Origin: Promethearchaeota archaeon Loki_b31
GTDB lineage: Archaea; Asgardarchaeota; Lokiarchaeia; Sigyniarchaeales; SOKP01
Direction: 5' to 3'
Length of the DNA: 64,000 nt
NCBI GenBank assembly: GCA_005222975.1
Contig: NJBI01000009.1
Coordinates: 1 to 64,000 of the forward strand
Shown here: positions 8,677 through 19,375 of the stretch, one piece after another
How positions within the stretch are numbered: position 1 is the first letter of the stretch
Layout: the number at the start of each line of letters is the position of its first letter
The notes under the pieces: model-generated
Seen by the model: only the letters and a program-made list of their open reading frames with translations
Told to the model about the DNA's origin: nothing
Database searches by the model: none
Made by a program: the position numbers and the translations under genes

Positions 8677-11600
8677 TAAATCGCCCCCATATCTCCTTCG
8701 ATGTATCGTTTAAACCCATCGAAAATCTTAGAATACATCTCGAAGGTTTCTTTGCTGCGCCTTTCTATGCCTTCCTCTTCGAAAGATATGTTTCCGCATT
8801 TAGTATGGAAATCCGTTAGTTCGTTGGCGGAAAACGGAAATCCCTCTACATCTGATATTGACTTGATAAATTTGTTGATGTCTGCCCTCATAATCGCGTA
8901 ATTAACGCTATAATAAGAGTTATATATTGCGTGAAGGAACTTTTTAAGTAAGTTTTTGCCGATTTTAAGCGCTTTTTCGAATTCTTCGCTTTTAATAGAT
9001 TGATGCATTTTAAAATGTTCGTAGTATAAGATTGGAGCGAAATGCTTGGTAAAAGCGTTCTTTAGGTTTTTAGCGTTAATTTTTTGTACTTGTGAAGAAC
9101 TCTCAGATTTATCGGAGTTTTCGGATTCCACATCTAACGGTTCGTAGGAGATTACCGCATTTCTCTGGGTTTCGTAGTAGTCGTGTAAAACTTCGTCGTA
9201 GTGCGGTCCGACAACGAAAGAAGTTTGTAAGGATTCCGAACCGCTTGCCCTTCTTGGATGACTCTCAACTAAGTATCGATGTCTTACCAAAATTTCGAAA
9301 GTTTTGTTTTTGATCTCTTTTTCTCTTTTTTTATCTTTAGTTATTTTCAGAATGTAAGGATGCAGCCATTCTGTTAGCTCTTTCTTAACTTTTTGTTCGT
9401 AAAGGTTGCCTACTTGGTCCAATTTTTTTAAGTTGTTTAGAAACTTTATTATTCCCTCAATTAACACGCTATAATTTCCGAAATCTTTCTGGAACAAAGT
9501 CTTTTCTGCTCGTTGTATTATTCGTTTTTCAGCGTTTTCCAAATCGTACCCTTGCTTTCCCATGTTGGCTACAATTTCTTCCCAAGACAGCGGTTTTACG
9601 TCCCTTACTTCTTTCAAATCAAATTCTACAGGAAAAGGTTGGTAAATGTCTTCTCGTTTTACCACGGCCTCGTCTTTTTTCATGCTTGCGATGTATTTCA
9701 ATTGGTATCCTTCGTTTCTACTGCGACTATAATACCCTATCCCGTGAAGAGATTCTAAGTTCATTAGAGAGCCAAGCGTCGCGCTATCTCTTTTATCGGT
9801 CGCTTTAAAAGTAACTAAGTTTTCGAAGTAATTGAACGCGTTAGGGTGTATATATCTAATTTGAGAAGCTGAGCAGATCGTTCCAAAACCTTTTTGCTGA
9901 AAAGGTTCGAGAAACTTGTCGATTATACCGTAATTAACTTTTTTATCTATAAAAAACCCGTCAAAAATTACATCTAAATGCGGTACAATTAAGAATTTAG
10001 GGTAATAAGCCTTTTCGGTCTTTAGATAATGGATAAACTTAGAAAGAATAACGAACGTAAAGTAACACTGCTTATCGTAGTTTTTAACTTCCGAAAAATC
10101 GATAATTACCGTTTTGTCGTGCATTATAAGCTCGTAAGAGGGAATAATCTCTTGCTTATCTAATTGTTGGCGTTGCATGAAGCTTATGTCTTGGGAGGTG
10201 AACTCGCTGAAAAACGATAGTAACGAATCGGTAATAGGTGACTTTTCCCACTCTCTCATAGTAGTTAGGTCTAAAGTTAAAGTAGAAACATCTATATTGG
10301 GATTACGCGCGATAGTATTTTTGAAGGCGTCGATCGTCCTCTCGTCTTTTTTGAAGCACAACGCAAAGGCATCGAACATGTAGTCCAAATAGCCTATGTT
10401 GTCTTTATCGTAGGGAAGTTCCGAAAAAAGAGGATTAACTAGAAATGTTTTGCCAACTTTGAGGTACAAAAACTTATCTTCGTATATCGTCCCCTCGAAA
10501 ACACTCATTAATTTAGACCAATTACCGGTGAAATCGAAAATTACAGATGGATATCCCGCTTTCACGAGTTCCGCAACGATTTTTTGACACAACGCTTCTC
10601 TACTCGAATTTGTCCCGTTAGTTATGAATAGGGAGCGTAACTGCTCGAGACTAAACCCCATTGGAACTTCATTTTCTAAGAACTCAGTGTTTATGGTGTG
10701 GCCAATAGTAATAAAGTTAGTTAATTGTAAAGGTGTGTTAAATTCTGCGGCTAACCTAGTCTCGATCCCCTTTTTGAATTGGTCGGAAATTTCGGTTATA
10801 AACATAAGAGTTTTTCCTTGAAACATCAAATAATTCAAATGGGTACCGTTCCTCCTAAAAAACTTGTTTTTGAGCGTTTCGAACAGGAGCCCCGATTCTA
10901 ACTCGTTTTTTCTAAGCTGTTTTAACTCGTAAGTAACAAAAAATTGCTTGAAGCTTTTTCGCAACACCAAACTTTGATTTTTTAACTTTTGCTCTATCTC
11001 GTCAATAATCTCGTAGTCAAGAGTAGGAGCTTTTAAGATTGCCGAAGTGGAATAAGTTATAATAACACTCCAGATGCCCGATCGAGAGCTTAGCCATTTA
11101 TTTCCGTCTATAAATGATTCCGTTCTTGTTAGCAATTTTTGCTGTTCTATGTCTTTTAAGAATTTAAAACCTTCTTTATCGAACTGATGGAAGTTTAAAG
11201 GAGTTAGTTGAATCGTGGTTGTAAAAGGCATTTTTTCGTGGATGAGAGCTTCGTAAAACTTACTCGCAGAGCAATAGGGCGGCGGATGAGTGAAATACGC
11301 GTTATTAATCTTTATTCCCCCGATTATTTTTCCTTCGACTTGGTAAAAAATAGTCTCGGGCGCTTCTGATACCTTGAAAAACTTAATATCAGAAAATGGA
11401 TCCACGACCTGGATGTCGTTCGATTTAAATAACTTGTTTTTGATTAGAAAGAAAAACACCTCACGCCACCAAATTACTATTATTGCTATAAGAATCGTAA
11501 GAGTTGCTAAAAATTGTGCTATTATAGGTAAGTTAAATACTAGAAGCAACCGATCTAGACATATAACAATCGCTAAAATGTAGCTTGCTTTCAATATAAT

Positions 11601-12449
11601 AGGTTTTATTTTAGGTTCTACCGTTTTGCAATTAATTCTTTTCGAATCTTCTTCGATTTTTACGTCCTGCTTCAAAACCAGGATTCTATAGGCGTTTACT
11701 AACTCTTCTCCAGAAAGCTGAACGACCTTAAAGTGGTGGAAGTTGGAAGCAAACGCCGATTTTAAGGAGACCGCGTATTCTCGGAGTGTCTCGATCATTT
11801 TTACCAATTTCGATTCAGTAATTTTTCCTTGAATGTTGTAAAAGGTACTGAAGAAAATAATCGTCTCAAAAGTCGAAGATTCAGAATTATTGCAGTTATT
11901 ACTTGTTTGAAGCGGTCTTTGAATTATTTGATACGAAAACGGCACTTTAAGCGCATGCAATCCTTTATAGAACCGGTTTAAGTTAGCGTGTACATTTTCA
12001 GGAAGAACTTTTATCCTAAAAGTCCTAACCCCTGTAGTATTGAGCTCTTTGTAATTCGTAAAAAATAACACGAATTTGTCGTATTTTGTCTGCCAAAAAA
12101 CAATTTCTCCAAGCGGCTTAAAAGAGCGAAAATCAAATAAGTGGCGCAAGCTAAAAAAATTATTATGGAACGCCATAACAAAACTAATTGATACGATCAC
12201 TGCAATTCCAATGGAAAGCACGAGGTTATAGGTCGTGTATAGCACAGAAGAAAAAAATAACAGCCCAATTACGACTAAAGAAGTCGCTTTAAGAACTGTC
12301 TCCCTCGTGTTAACATCCTTGTAAGAAGGATTTACCTTCCACACATCCAAATACCTGCTATTGTCTTCTTTTTTGCTATCGTCGGTATTTGGTCTAAACC
12401 TATTATTACTGTTTGAATCGTTTAAAAAATCTCTGTATGTTTTTACCAT
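8676..12449 (-). CDS. Large membrane protein with a degenerate HerA/VirB4/TraD-like P-loop domain
   Basis: Two TM pairs, each followed by a similar soluble domain; then LFITNGTNSSREAL (Walker A position), SVIFDFTGNW, VNPL, TVIIDFS, LIVPHLD (Walker B position), SASQIR. Confidence 0.65.
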   Translation of the reverse strand: MVKTYRDFLNDSNSNNRFRPNTDDSKKEDNSRYLDVWKVNPSYKDVNTRETVLKATSLVVIGLLFFSSVLYTTYNLVLSIGIAVIVSISFVMAFHNNFFSLRHLFDFRSFKPLGEIVFWQTKYDKFVLFFTNYKELNTTGVRTFRIKVLPENVHANLNRFYKGLHALKVPFSYQIIQRPLQTSNNCNNSESSTFETIIFFSTFYNIQGKITESKLVKMIETLREYAVSLKSAFASNFHHFKVVQLSGEELVNAYRILVLKQDVKIEEDSKRINCKTVEPKIKPIILKASYILAIVICLDRLLLVFNLPIIAQFLATLTILIAIIVIWWREVFFFLIKNKLFKSNDIQVVDPFSDIKFFKVSEAPETIFYQVEGKIIGGIKINNAYFTHPPPYCSASKFYEALIHEKMPFTTTIQLTPLNFHQFDKEGFKFLKDIEQQKLLTRTESFIDGNKWLSSRSGIWSVIITYSTSAILKAPTLDYEIIDEIEQKLKNQSLVLRKSFKQFFVTYELKQLRKNELESGLLFETLKNKFFRRNGTHLNYLMFQGKTLMFITEISDQFKKGIETRLAAEFNTPLQLTNFITIGHTINTEFLENEVPMGFSLEQLRSLFITNGTNSSREALCQKIVAELVKAGYPSVIFDFTGNWSKLMSVFEGTIYEDKFLYLKVGKTFLVNPLFSELPYDKDNIGYLDYMFDAFALCFKKDERTIDAFKNTIARNPNIDVSTLTLDLTTMREWEKSPITDSLLSFFSEFTSQDISFMQRQQLDKQEIIPSYELIMHDKTVIIDFSEVKNYDKQCYFTFVILSKFIHYLKTEKAYYPKFLIVPHLDVIFDGFFIDKKVNYGIIDKFLEPFQQKGFGTICSASQIRYIHPNAFNYFENLVTFKATDKRDSATLGSLMNLESLHGIGYYSRSRNEGYQLKYIASMKKDEAVVKREDIYQPFPVEFDLKEVRDVKPLSWEEIVANMGKQGYDLENAEKRIIQRAEKTLFQKDFGNYSVLIEGIIKFLNNLKKLDQVGNLYEQKVKKELTEWLHPYILKITKDKKREKEIKNKTFEILVRHRYLVESHPRRASGSESLQTSFVVGPHYDEVLHDYYETQRNAVISYEPLDVESENSDKSESSSQVQKINAKNLKNAFTKHFAPILYYEHFKMHQSIKSEEFEKALKIGKNLLKKFLHAIYNSYYSVNYAIMRADINKFIKSISDVEGFPFSANELTDFHTKCGNISFEEEGIERRSKETFEMYSKIFDGFKRYIEGDMGAI

Positions 12450-12458
12450 TTTTTATTA

Positions 12459-13313
12459 TCACCTATTACCAAAATAAGTTTTATTTACGAAATAAAGCAC
12501 AACGATGGCCCCAAAACAGACGAGCAAGTTGTAGCTAATAGCCACCGACAAGAACCCGTACATTAAGGCCTCAATTAAAGATACACTACCAACCATGGCA
12601 AATAAAATTATAATCCCGATAACTAAAAATTGCCCAACCTGTTCCTTCGATTGCTTGTAAGAAATATTGTCTTTTAACGAGCCTGATATAACGATTTTTC
12701 CGCCTTTTTTTTGCTCAATACTTTTCCTAATGGTTTTGAGTTGTAAAATTTTCTCAAATGTGTTCTTGTCGAATTGTTTATTTAGCTGGTATTGAAGTGC
12801 TTTTTCTTCTTCTTTAAATTTGTGAAGCAAAATTGGATTAAACAAATCTTCTTTTTTACGCTTTGCGTTCTGACCACCCGATAAAAAAGAGAACAAGGAA
12901 ATCGTGCGATTTTTATCAATAATCTCCGAGTTAATGTTGTCGTGTAAGTTGGGAACATCTAACTTGCGAAGCTCGTAATATATTTCGAATATTTCCTTAA
13001 CGTACTCTAAACGAAGCTCCCCTTCTTTTTTCATGAACAAAAGTTCTATTCTCTTTAATACATCGATTAATTCTGGTCTAAACACGTTAACGCTAAAGTT
13101 TACCCTAAAAACTTTGTTTACGAGCTCCATGTATTCAAATATCTTTTCGCCTGAGTTTTTCTCTCTTGGTCGCATTCCTAACTTGATTCCGATTTCGTCG
13201 ACTGTGTTGCTCGTAAGTACGAAGCTTACCACGGCTAGCTTTTTATAGTTGTGAGTTTCTTTACAGAGCTGGATCAACCGCTTGAGCTTTAAGTCGAATA
13301 ATTTTTCCTTCAC
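12459..13313 (-). CDS. Hypothetical protein with two C-terminal TM helices
   Basis: Soluble N-terminal region plus hydrophobic C-terminus; overlaps the upstream gene by 4 nt. Confidence 0.75.
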   Translation of the reverse strand: MKEKLFDLKLKRLIQLCKETHNYKKLAVVSFVLTSNTVDEIGIKLGMRPREKNSGEKIFEYMELVNKVFRVNFSVNVFRPELIDVLKRIELLFMKKEGELRLEYVKEIFEIYYELRKLDVPNLHDNINSEIIDKNRTISLFSFLSGGQNAKRKKEDLFNPILLHKFKEEEKALQYQLNKQFDKNTFEKILQLKTIRKSIEQKKGGKIVISGSLKDNISYKQSKEQVGQFLVIGIIILFAMVGSVSLIEALMYGFLSVAISYNLLVCFGAIVVLYFVNKTYFGNR

Positions 13314-14071
13314 TTTCTTACTTTCGCCCCCCGAAATGTTAAAAACTCGCTGTAAATCTTTTCTGCTTCGCTTTTAGGCATCGAAGCTTCTTCTAAGGAG
13401 TTTTTTGATTCGAGCTTAAACTCCTCTCGAGCTATTAACTTGTCTAAGTCCAAATCTTCTCGAATGCTACCAATATATTGATTTATCTTGTTTTCTACGC
13501 TGGATTGCTCTTTTTCGAATGTATTAATTACTGAATGATTGAACATAGCGTAAGGAAAAGTACAAGCGAACGAGATTAGTTGGAGAAAATATCCAGGACC
13601 TAACGAATAGCATAAGGTAATTTCTAATTCATTATTATAATACACTAAGAAAGGGTAGTACAAACCGTTAGGGAGCAAGAAAAACAACGGGTAGATTAAA
13701 ATGAAAAACCCAATTAAAATCACCAAGGATAAATTAACAAACCCAATCTTCTTTAATTTTGGAAGGTTATCTTTGCGTTCCGCGTCGAGAAATAATACTG
13801 AATACGCGGACAAAAAAATAACGACTAAGAAAGCAATAACAATGGCAACAGGCAGGGAAGCGTTTTTAGGCTCGTAAAAATCGTTAATGACGGCGCCTTG
13901 GGAAAATGGGGAGCTCCAATCGAACAGCGCGCTGTAAACCCAATATATTACTATTTCACCGGAATCGTTTACTCCTTGAAAGTAATACCAGTCCAAAAAC
14001 AACGAAGCAAACCCGAACAACAGACCAATTATAAAAATAATTTTGTATCCTGATTTAAAATTTAGCGTCAT
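13310..14071 (-). CDS. Four-TM membrane protein with a cytosolic C-terminal tail
   Basis: SLFLDWY loop and GPGYFL helix; first gene of a 4-gene coupled operon. Confidence 0.75.
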   Translation of the reverse strand: MTLNFKSGYKIIFIIGLLFGFASLFLDWYYFQGVNDSGEIVIYWVYSALFDWSSPFSQGAVINDFYEPKNASLPVAIVIAFLVVIFLSAYSVLFLDAERKDNLPKLKKIGFVNLSLVILIGFFILIYPLFFLLPNGLYYPFLVYYNNELEITLCYSLGPGYFLQLISFACTFPYAMFNHSVINTFEKEQSSVENKINQYIGSIREDLDLDKLIAREEFKLESKNSLEEASMPKSEAEKIYSEFLTFRGAKVRK

Positions 14072-14181
14072 ATTATACTTAGACTCTATTAATTCCTATT
14101 TATAAAGAAAAAATTAAGAAATTACAAAATCCAGAAATAGTAAATTAAATTCGTAGAAATTTTACTAATAAATTTTAATAT

Positions 14182-16053
14182 TTAATCTTCTAAGAATGAG
14201 CTATATTTTATTTCGTGCTTAGGTTTGTCTTTTCTTATAAAATTATATTCTATTTCAGAATCCAATTCGTATAATTGTGGGACCTCTCTCTCTTGTTGTC
14301 TTACTACGATGTTTTCTTTAATGGTATCCTTTTCGATCTGCTCTAACACCTTAAAATCATTTTCTTTTCCAAAACACTCGTAGCCAAATTGAACCATCTG
14401 CTCGTCTGTGAACTCTTCCTTAATGTATAGCAAATCGGTCTCGCTAAATTGTGCGTTCTGCAAGTAATAAGGGGTTTTAAATTCGGTCGTTAGCTCTTTT
14501 TTAGTCTTGTAAAACTTAAGGTAGAAATATGCGATGACGAAAAGATAAATCCCCATAACAGCAAACCCGATGTTATTGAACAGTCTCAGAAGGAAATGCA
14601 ATTGCGAAAAATAGATAACAAGCAGTACTATAGAGTATCCGAGGAACGGAATCGAAGTCATCCTTAGACTAGAACGAAACTTAATGTCTGCGTTTTGGTA
14701 CATCTCGATCGAATTAGTTCTTTTGTCGCGAGATTCGATTAGTTGGTACTTTTTCTCCAAGAATCGTAGTAAAGTCGCGATGTTATATCGATCGATAACG
14801 TGTAAATTTGTTTTTCTTTGGTATGGGAAAAGAATCGATTTTTCCAGGCATTTCGCGGGAATTTTGGTAACAAAAATGGGTTCAATTAAAACTTTGTATT
14901 GAGTCTGTCCTGAAATGAAAAATAGTTTTTTGTTTTTTGCGCTTTCTTCGGCCGTAAATCTTACTTGTAAGTATTTTTGAAAGAAATTTCGAAACTTCTC
15001 GCCGTTAACGACGTCTTCAAATATAGCGTCTTTAATTCTTAAAAGATCATCTATATAATGGTTCGCTGTAAGTACTGAGTCAGATTTTTGAGTTTTCGAG
15101 TAAGTTTTATAGCCTATTTTCTCTTCGTTTACAAGTATCGTTCCTTCTAAGTCGCAAAGTTTAATTGGTACGAGATATATTAGTTTCAAGTTGTTGTTAA
15201 CGCTTACGAGCTTGAACCCGATGGAATCGATATTCTGGAAAAATGGCATTAAAACATTTAATGTATTTGGAATTACGTAATGTCCTGAATTTTTTAACGA
15301 TTCTTCGATTTTTGATTTAGTTTCTTCCCGCTCATCTCGTATTTTTGATATTTTTGGAACATTTTCAACTTCAAAAATCTCACTTATCTCCGGAACAAAA
15401 GAGGTTTCTTCACGGGAATCTTCTTCTAGCGATTTAGGTTTTTCAACCACAAAAGATTCTTCATTGAATATATTATCAATCTGTTCCTGAAGTTGTTCTT
15501 CGATTTCTTCAATTTCTACTTTAGATTCTTTTGACGATCTTTCTAAGATGGTGGGATGAGAAGCTGTAAGTCGAGAATAATTAAATTTATCACTAAACCA
15601 CTGTTTTTGAATAGTTTCGAAGGGTTTTTCTTCTCTTTGGAACTTTTCCTGCGGGAGTTCCTCCTCAACAATTATGTCAGCAACTTCGAAGGTTTCAATA
15701 TTATCAACTTCGGTTTCTTTTTCTTTCTTTAATATTTCAGTGGTTTTTTCTATTACATGATTCTGTTTATTAACAAAATTTTGTTCTTGAAATTCACCAA
15801 GAAGATTTTTCGCTTCCTCTATAAATTTTCTAGCCGTAGCTATACCAACTCCAGGAACTTCAGATAGTTTCTCAGGCGTTAGTTCGGCAAGCTGTCGATA
15901 AGTGTAAATTTTTCTAGCGTTTAGCTTTTCAGCGGTACCAGGGCCAATGCCTTTAATTTTAGTTAGGTCGTTGGTAGTTTGGGGTAATTTATCCGCTCGT
16001 TCTTCGAGAACTTTGACAATTATTTCCGGCGATTTATGATAAACATTTGTCAT
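14182..16053 (-). CDS. Membrane-anchored helix-hairpin-helix DNA-binding protein
   Basis: N-terminal LTKIKGIGPGTAEKL...LSEVPGVGIATARKFI, acidic linker, two TM helices near the C-terminus. Confidence 0.75.
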   Translation of the reverse strand: MTNVYHKSPEIIVKVLEERADKLPQTTNDLTKIKGIGPGTAEKLNARKIYTYRQLAELTPEKLSEVPGVGIATARKFIEEAKNLLGEFQEQNFVNKQNHVIEKTTEILKKEKETEVDNIETFEVADIIVEEELPQEKFQREEKPFETIQKQWFSDKFNYSRLTASHPTILERSSKESKVEIEEIEEQLQEQIDNIFNEESFVVEKPKSLEEDSREETSFVPEISEIFEVENVPKISKIRDEREETKSKIEESLKNSGHYVIPNTLNVLMPFFQNIDSIGFKLVSVNNNLKLIYLVPIKLCDLEGTILVNEEKIGYKTYSKTQKSDSVLTANHYIDDLLRIKDAIFEDVVNGEKFRNFFQKYLQVRFTAEESAKNKKLFFISGQTQYKVLIEPIFVTKIPAKCLEKSILFPYQRKTNLHVIDRYNIATLLRFLEKKYQLIESRDKRTNSIEMYQNADIKFRSSLRMTSIPFLGYSIVLLVIYFSQLHFLLRLFNNIGFAVMGIYLFVIAYFYLKFYKTKKELTTEFKTPYYLQNAQFSETDLLYIKEEFTDEQMVQFGYECFGKENDFKVLEQIEKDTIKENIVVRQQEREVPQLYELDSEIEYNFIRKDKPKHEIKYSSFLED

Positions 16054-16510
16054 AGGGATCTAATCGAAAAAAATAATCCCAACTATTTAAACAAAAAATT
16101 AGAAGTAGATTAAAATTCTTCTCGTTCCATTTCAAATAGACAAATTTTCGTAATTTTTCATAAAAACAATTTTTTATTTAAATAAGGCTATCGGATTAGT
16201 TAATAGATATACTATTTTAACAAAGTTCTTGCCAAATTAAAGCCCACAAAACACCCAGAGTTGTGATAAACAAGTCTCCCCTTGCTTTTTCTAACGAGTA
16301 AGGCTCTTAATTAGGCAAGAACGACTCTTTTTATTGTTAGCAAGCAATAATAATAATTTTTTTTATTTATATATTTTAAGTCGCACTTTCTAGCAGTTCA
16401 TGAAAAAATGGTTTAACCAGTACTATAGGTGATAAATAATTTCTTTAACAAACTTTACAAGCGCTCCAAAGGATAAGGAAGACTTTAAAGATGAGGAGAT
16501 ATTTCAGTAT

Positions 16511-18961
16511 GTGCAAGACGAAAGGATCCTTCGAGTTTTGCTAGAGCTAAAAATATTTAAATTGCGAGAAATCCAGAAAGAAGCGATTCAGAAAGGGCTA
16601 TTTTTTCGCAAGTCGTTTTTAGTGTGTGCTCCCTCTGGTAGCGGAAAGACTTTAATTGGAGAAGTGTGCGCTGTTAATAATGTGTTTCAAAATTTTGGTA
16701 AATCAATTTATCTAGTGCCATATAAAGCGTTGGCCACCGAGAAATACGTTCACTTTAAAAAAAGCTACGAGCGATTTGGTGTTAAAACCGAGCTGTCGAT
16801 TGGCGATTACGACGTGGACGACGACAAGTTAGAACAAGCGGACATAGTTGTTACCACGTACGAAAAGATGGATTCCATTTTAAGAAATTTTTACGACAAA
16901 GAATGGATTTTTAACATTTCTACTATAATAATAGACGAGATACACATTATCGGAGAGTCCGATCGGGGCCCACGCTTAGAGTCGCTAATAGTAAGATTGA
17001 ACGAATTTTTGCACAACCCGCAAATCATTGGACTTTCGGCAACCATCGCAAACCCCGAGTTTTGTAACGATTGGCTTACTTCTTTAGGAAATCATACGAC
17101 TCTTATTATCTCGGACGAGCGACCGGTACCGCTTCATTATAGAATTGAAGTGACTCAAAACAAAGATTCTACACTTAAAAAAATAATTAAATCCACTCTA
17201 AACGATGGCGGTCAGGCGTTGATTTTTCTAAACAGAAGAAAATCGACTCAAATGACGGCTCAAAACTTAAAAAACCTAATAAAAACACATATTAACGAAA
17301 ACGAGCTAAAAATGTGTAAAAAGATTGGAGATAGACTCAACAAAATTAAGGGAAGGCATAACGAGCTAAAAAAAGTCGTAAAATGCGGTGTTGCGTTCCA
17401 TCACGCGGGGTTGCTTCCTAAAGAGAGAAAGCTCGTCGAGGACGCCTATCGGAAACACACATTAAAGGTTATCTGCAGTACTACCACGTTAAGCGCGGGC
17501 ATAAATGTCCCTGCCCGAGTAGTGATAATAAAAGATTTTAAAAAATATGTTACTTCAGGGCATAACATAAAAAATTTTAAAGGTTTTTACGAAAATGGAG
17601 ACGGATTTTCATACTTTAAAGCGTTTTCAGCCAACGAGGTGTTTCAGATGCTCGGTCGTGCTGGTCGACCCGGTTTAGACGAAGTTGGGTTTGGAGTAGT
17701 GCTAGTAAAGGACGTTAACGAGCGAGATTGGGTCGAAGATCATTACTTTCAAAATTCTTTTACATCTAAAACTTACTTACCGAAATACAACGATCTAACT
17801 TCCGGGTTAAACAGAGTAAACACCTTAAAAGAGCAAGTTCTACTACGGGTGTACGAGGAGAAGCACATAACTCTTGAAAAACTAAAAGAATTCTTTCAGA
17901 AAACTTACTTTTGGTATAGTATAAAAAACAAGATGAAAACGCAAGACATCCCCATAGACCAATTCCTCATGATTAAAGAAATAACTCCGACAAACATTTT
18001 AAAACTTCATTCGGACCCTCAAAAAGTAAAAGAATTGACTAACAACCACCATCAAATAAAAATTACCAAGCTTAATAGTTCAACTATTTCAGGATATGTC
18101 AAAACCGATTTTGGCGTGTTTCTTTGCGAGTTCGACGTGGACCTCGGCATTAGGTGTTCTTGCGGTTTCGAAAACGGAATATCCGATAACTACGCTAACG
18201 ACCAGTTTTCGTTCGAGTTTTGCGACCACATCACTGCCTTTTTGCTTCATCTAATAGAAATACCGGACAAAAACTTTCAAAAATATGTGAATGACATCGT
18301 GCCTAAATCCGTTAAAAACCAATACATTCTCAACTATCTTTTTGAGAAAGGTTTAATTCTAAAAAGGGAGGACGGTACCATCAAGTGCTCGCAGTTTGGT
18401 AAGCTTATAATTCGGCTTTACTTGTACCCCGTATCTGGAGTGTTAATAAGGTATAAGCTCGAGCGAGCCGAGATAGAGTCTTTTCAAGATATCGTAAAAG
18501 CAGCTTACGAAGTGCTGAAAGCAGAAGGGAGAACGAGGAACTACAAGTTGCTCCAACCGGTATTAGAATGGTGCGACGAAGAAACACTCGATGAGATTTT
18601 AGAAAGACACAAAATTATGGCAGGCGACTTGTACTCCGTTCGGGACAACCTTGAAAGAATTATTACGTTTATAGGGATTATCGCGATACACCTAAGCGAA
18701 TCCGACTTCGATTTACAAGATAAACTAATAAACATCGCTGAGATGGCGGAAACCCTCAAAATTAGGATACATTACGGGATCAGAGAAGAACTGTTCGATC
18801 TGGTTGTGAGATTAAACAATGTGGCAAGGGTTCGGGCCCGCATACTTTACAACGCTGGCTACCATACGGCAACCCAAGTTAAGAAAGAAAATCCTTACGT
18901 TTTAAATCGCAAAACGGGGTTAGGAATTAACCTGTGTAAAAAAATTATAGGAAAAAAGTGA
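16511..18961 (+). CDS. hel308: Ski2-like/Hel308 (Hjm) SF2 helicase with an inserted SWIM finger
   Basis: APSGSGKT, DEIH, LSAT, FHHAGL, TLSAGINVPAR, QMLGRAGRP, C-terminal RVRARILYNAG; CSC...CDH insert. Reading frame is open upstream to 16436. Confidence 0.85.
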   Translation: MQDERILRVLLELKIFKLREIQKEAIQKGLFFRKSFLVCAPSGSGKTLIGEVCAVNNVFQNFGKSIYLVPYKALATEKYVHFKKSYERFGVKTELSIGDYDVDDDKLEQADIVVTTYEKMDSILRNFYDKEWIFNISTIIIDEIHIIGESDRGPRLESLIVRLNEFLHNPQIIGLSATIANPEFCNDWLTSLGNHTTLIISDERPVPLHYRIEVTQNKDSTLKKIIKSTLNDGGQALIFLNRRKSTQMTAQNLKNLIKTHINENELKMCKKIGDRLNKIKGRHNELKKVVKCGVAFHHAGLLPKERKLVEDAYRKHTLKVICSTTTLSAGINVPARVVIIKDFKKYVTSGHNIKNFKGFYENGDGFSYFKAFSANEVFQMLGRAGRPGLDEVGFGVVLVKDVNERDWVEDHYFQNSFTSKTYLPKYNDLTSGLNRVNTLKEQVLLRVYEEKHITLEKLKEFFQKTYFWYSIKNKMKTQDIPIDQFLMIKEITPTNILKLHSDPQKVKELTNNHHQIKITKLNSSTISGYVKTDFGVFLCEFDVDLGIRCSCGFENGISDNYANDQFSFEFCDHITAFLLHLIEIPDKNFQKYVNDIVPKSVKNQYILNYLFEKGLILKREDGTIKCSQFGKLIIRLYLYPVSGVLIRYKLERAEIESFQDIVKAAYEVLKAEGRTRNYKLLQPVLEWCDEETLDEILERHKIMAGDLYSVRDNLERIITFIGIIAIHLSESDFDLQDKLINIAEMAETLKIRIHYGIREELFDLVVRLNNVARVRARILYNAGYHTATQVKKENPYVLNRKTGLGINLCKKIIGKK

Positions 18962-19195
18962 AGTAAAAAAACCTTCAAGAAATGAGAAGTTTTAAGATCG
19001 TGAATTACTGATTCTCCATGTTTTAAATATGTAATTTCAACTTATCTTCAAATCACTGGATTTTGTATGGGATGAGGATTTTTTATTTAAATACTATTGT
19101 AATAATGGTTTTTAAAATCGAATTTTTAGGTGTTTTTAAAGATTAAGTCAAAAATAATTAGAGAGAAAAGAATTATAAAAAATTCTGAAAATAAA

Positions 19196-19375
19196 ATGTT
19201 GGAAATAAAAGAAAAAAAATTAGACACTATTCCTAAAAAATGCTATATATGTAACAGCGAGGAAATTAAATTTTGGGACGAAACTAATGAAGAAAAAATA
19301 TACATATGCCGAAGTTGTAAGCATTTCATAGCTATCCCATTTGATGTTGATAAGATAAGATTTTATTTCATATAA
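19196..19375 (+). CDS. Small Zn-ribbon protein
   Basis: CYIC...CRSC; ATG at 19196 preferred over GTG at 19130. Confidence 0.55.
   Translation: MLEIKEKKLDTIPKKCYICNSEEIKFWDETNEEKIYICRSCKHFIAIPFDVDKIRFYFI

Noticed and set aside
16054-16430. Replication origin (GTTCCATTTCAAAT is ORB-like)
   Set aside because: Single weak match, with no repeats and no cdc6/orc1 nearby
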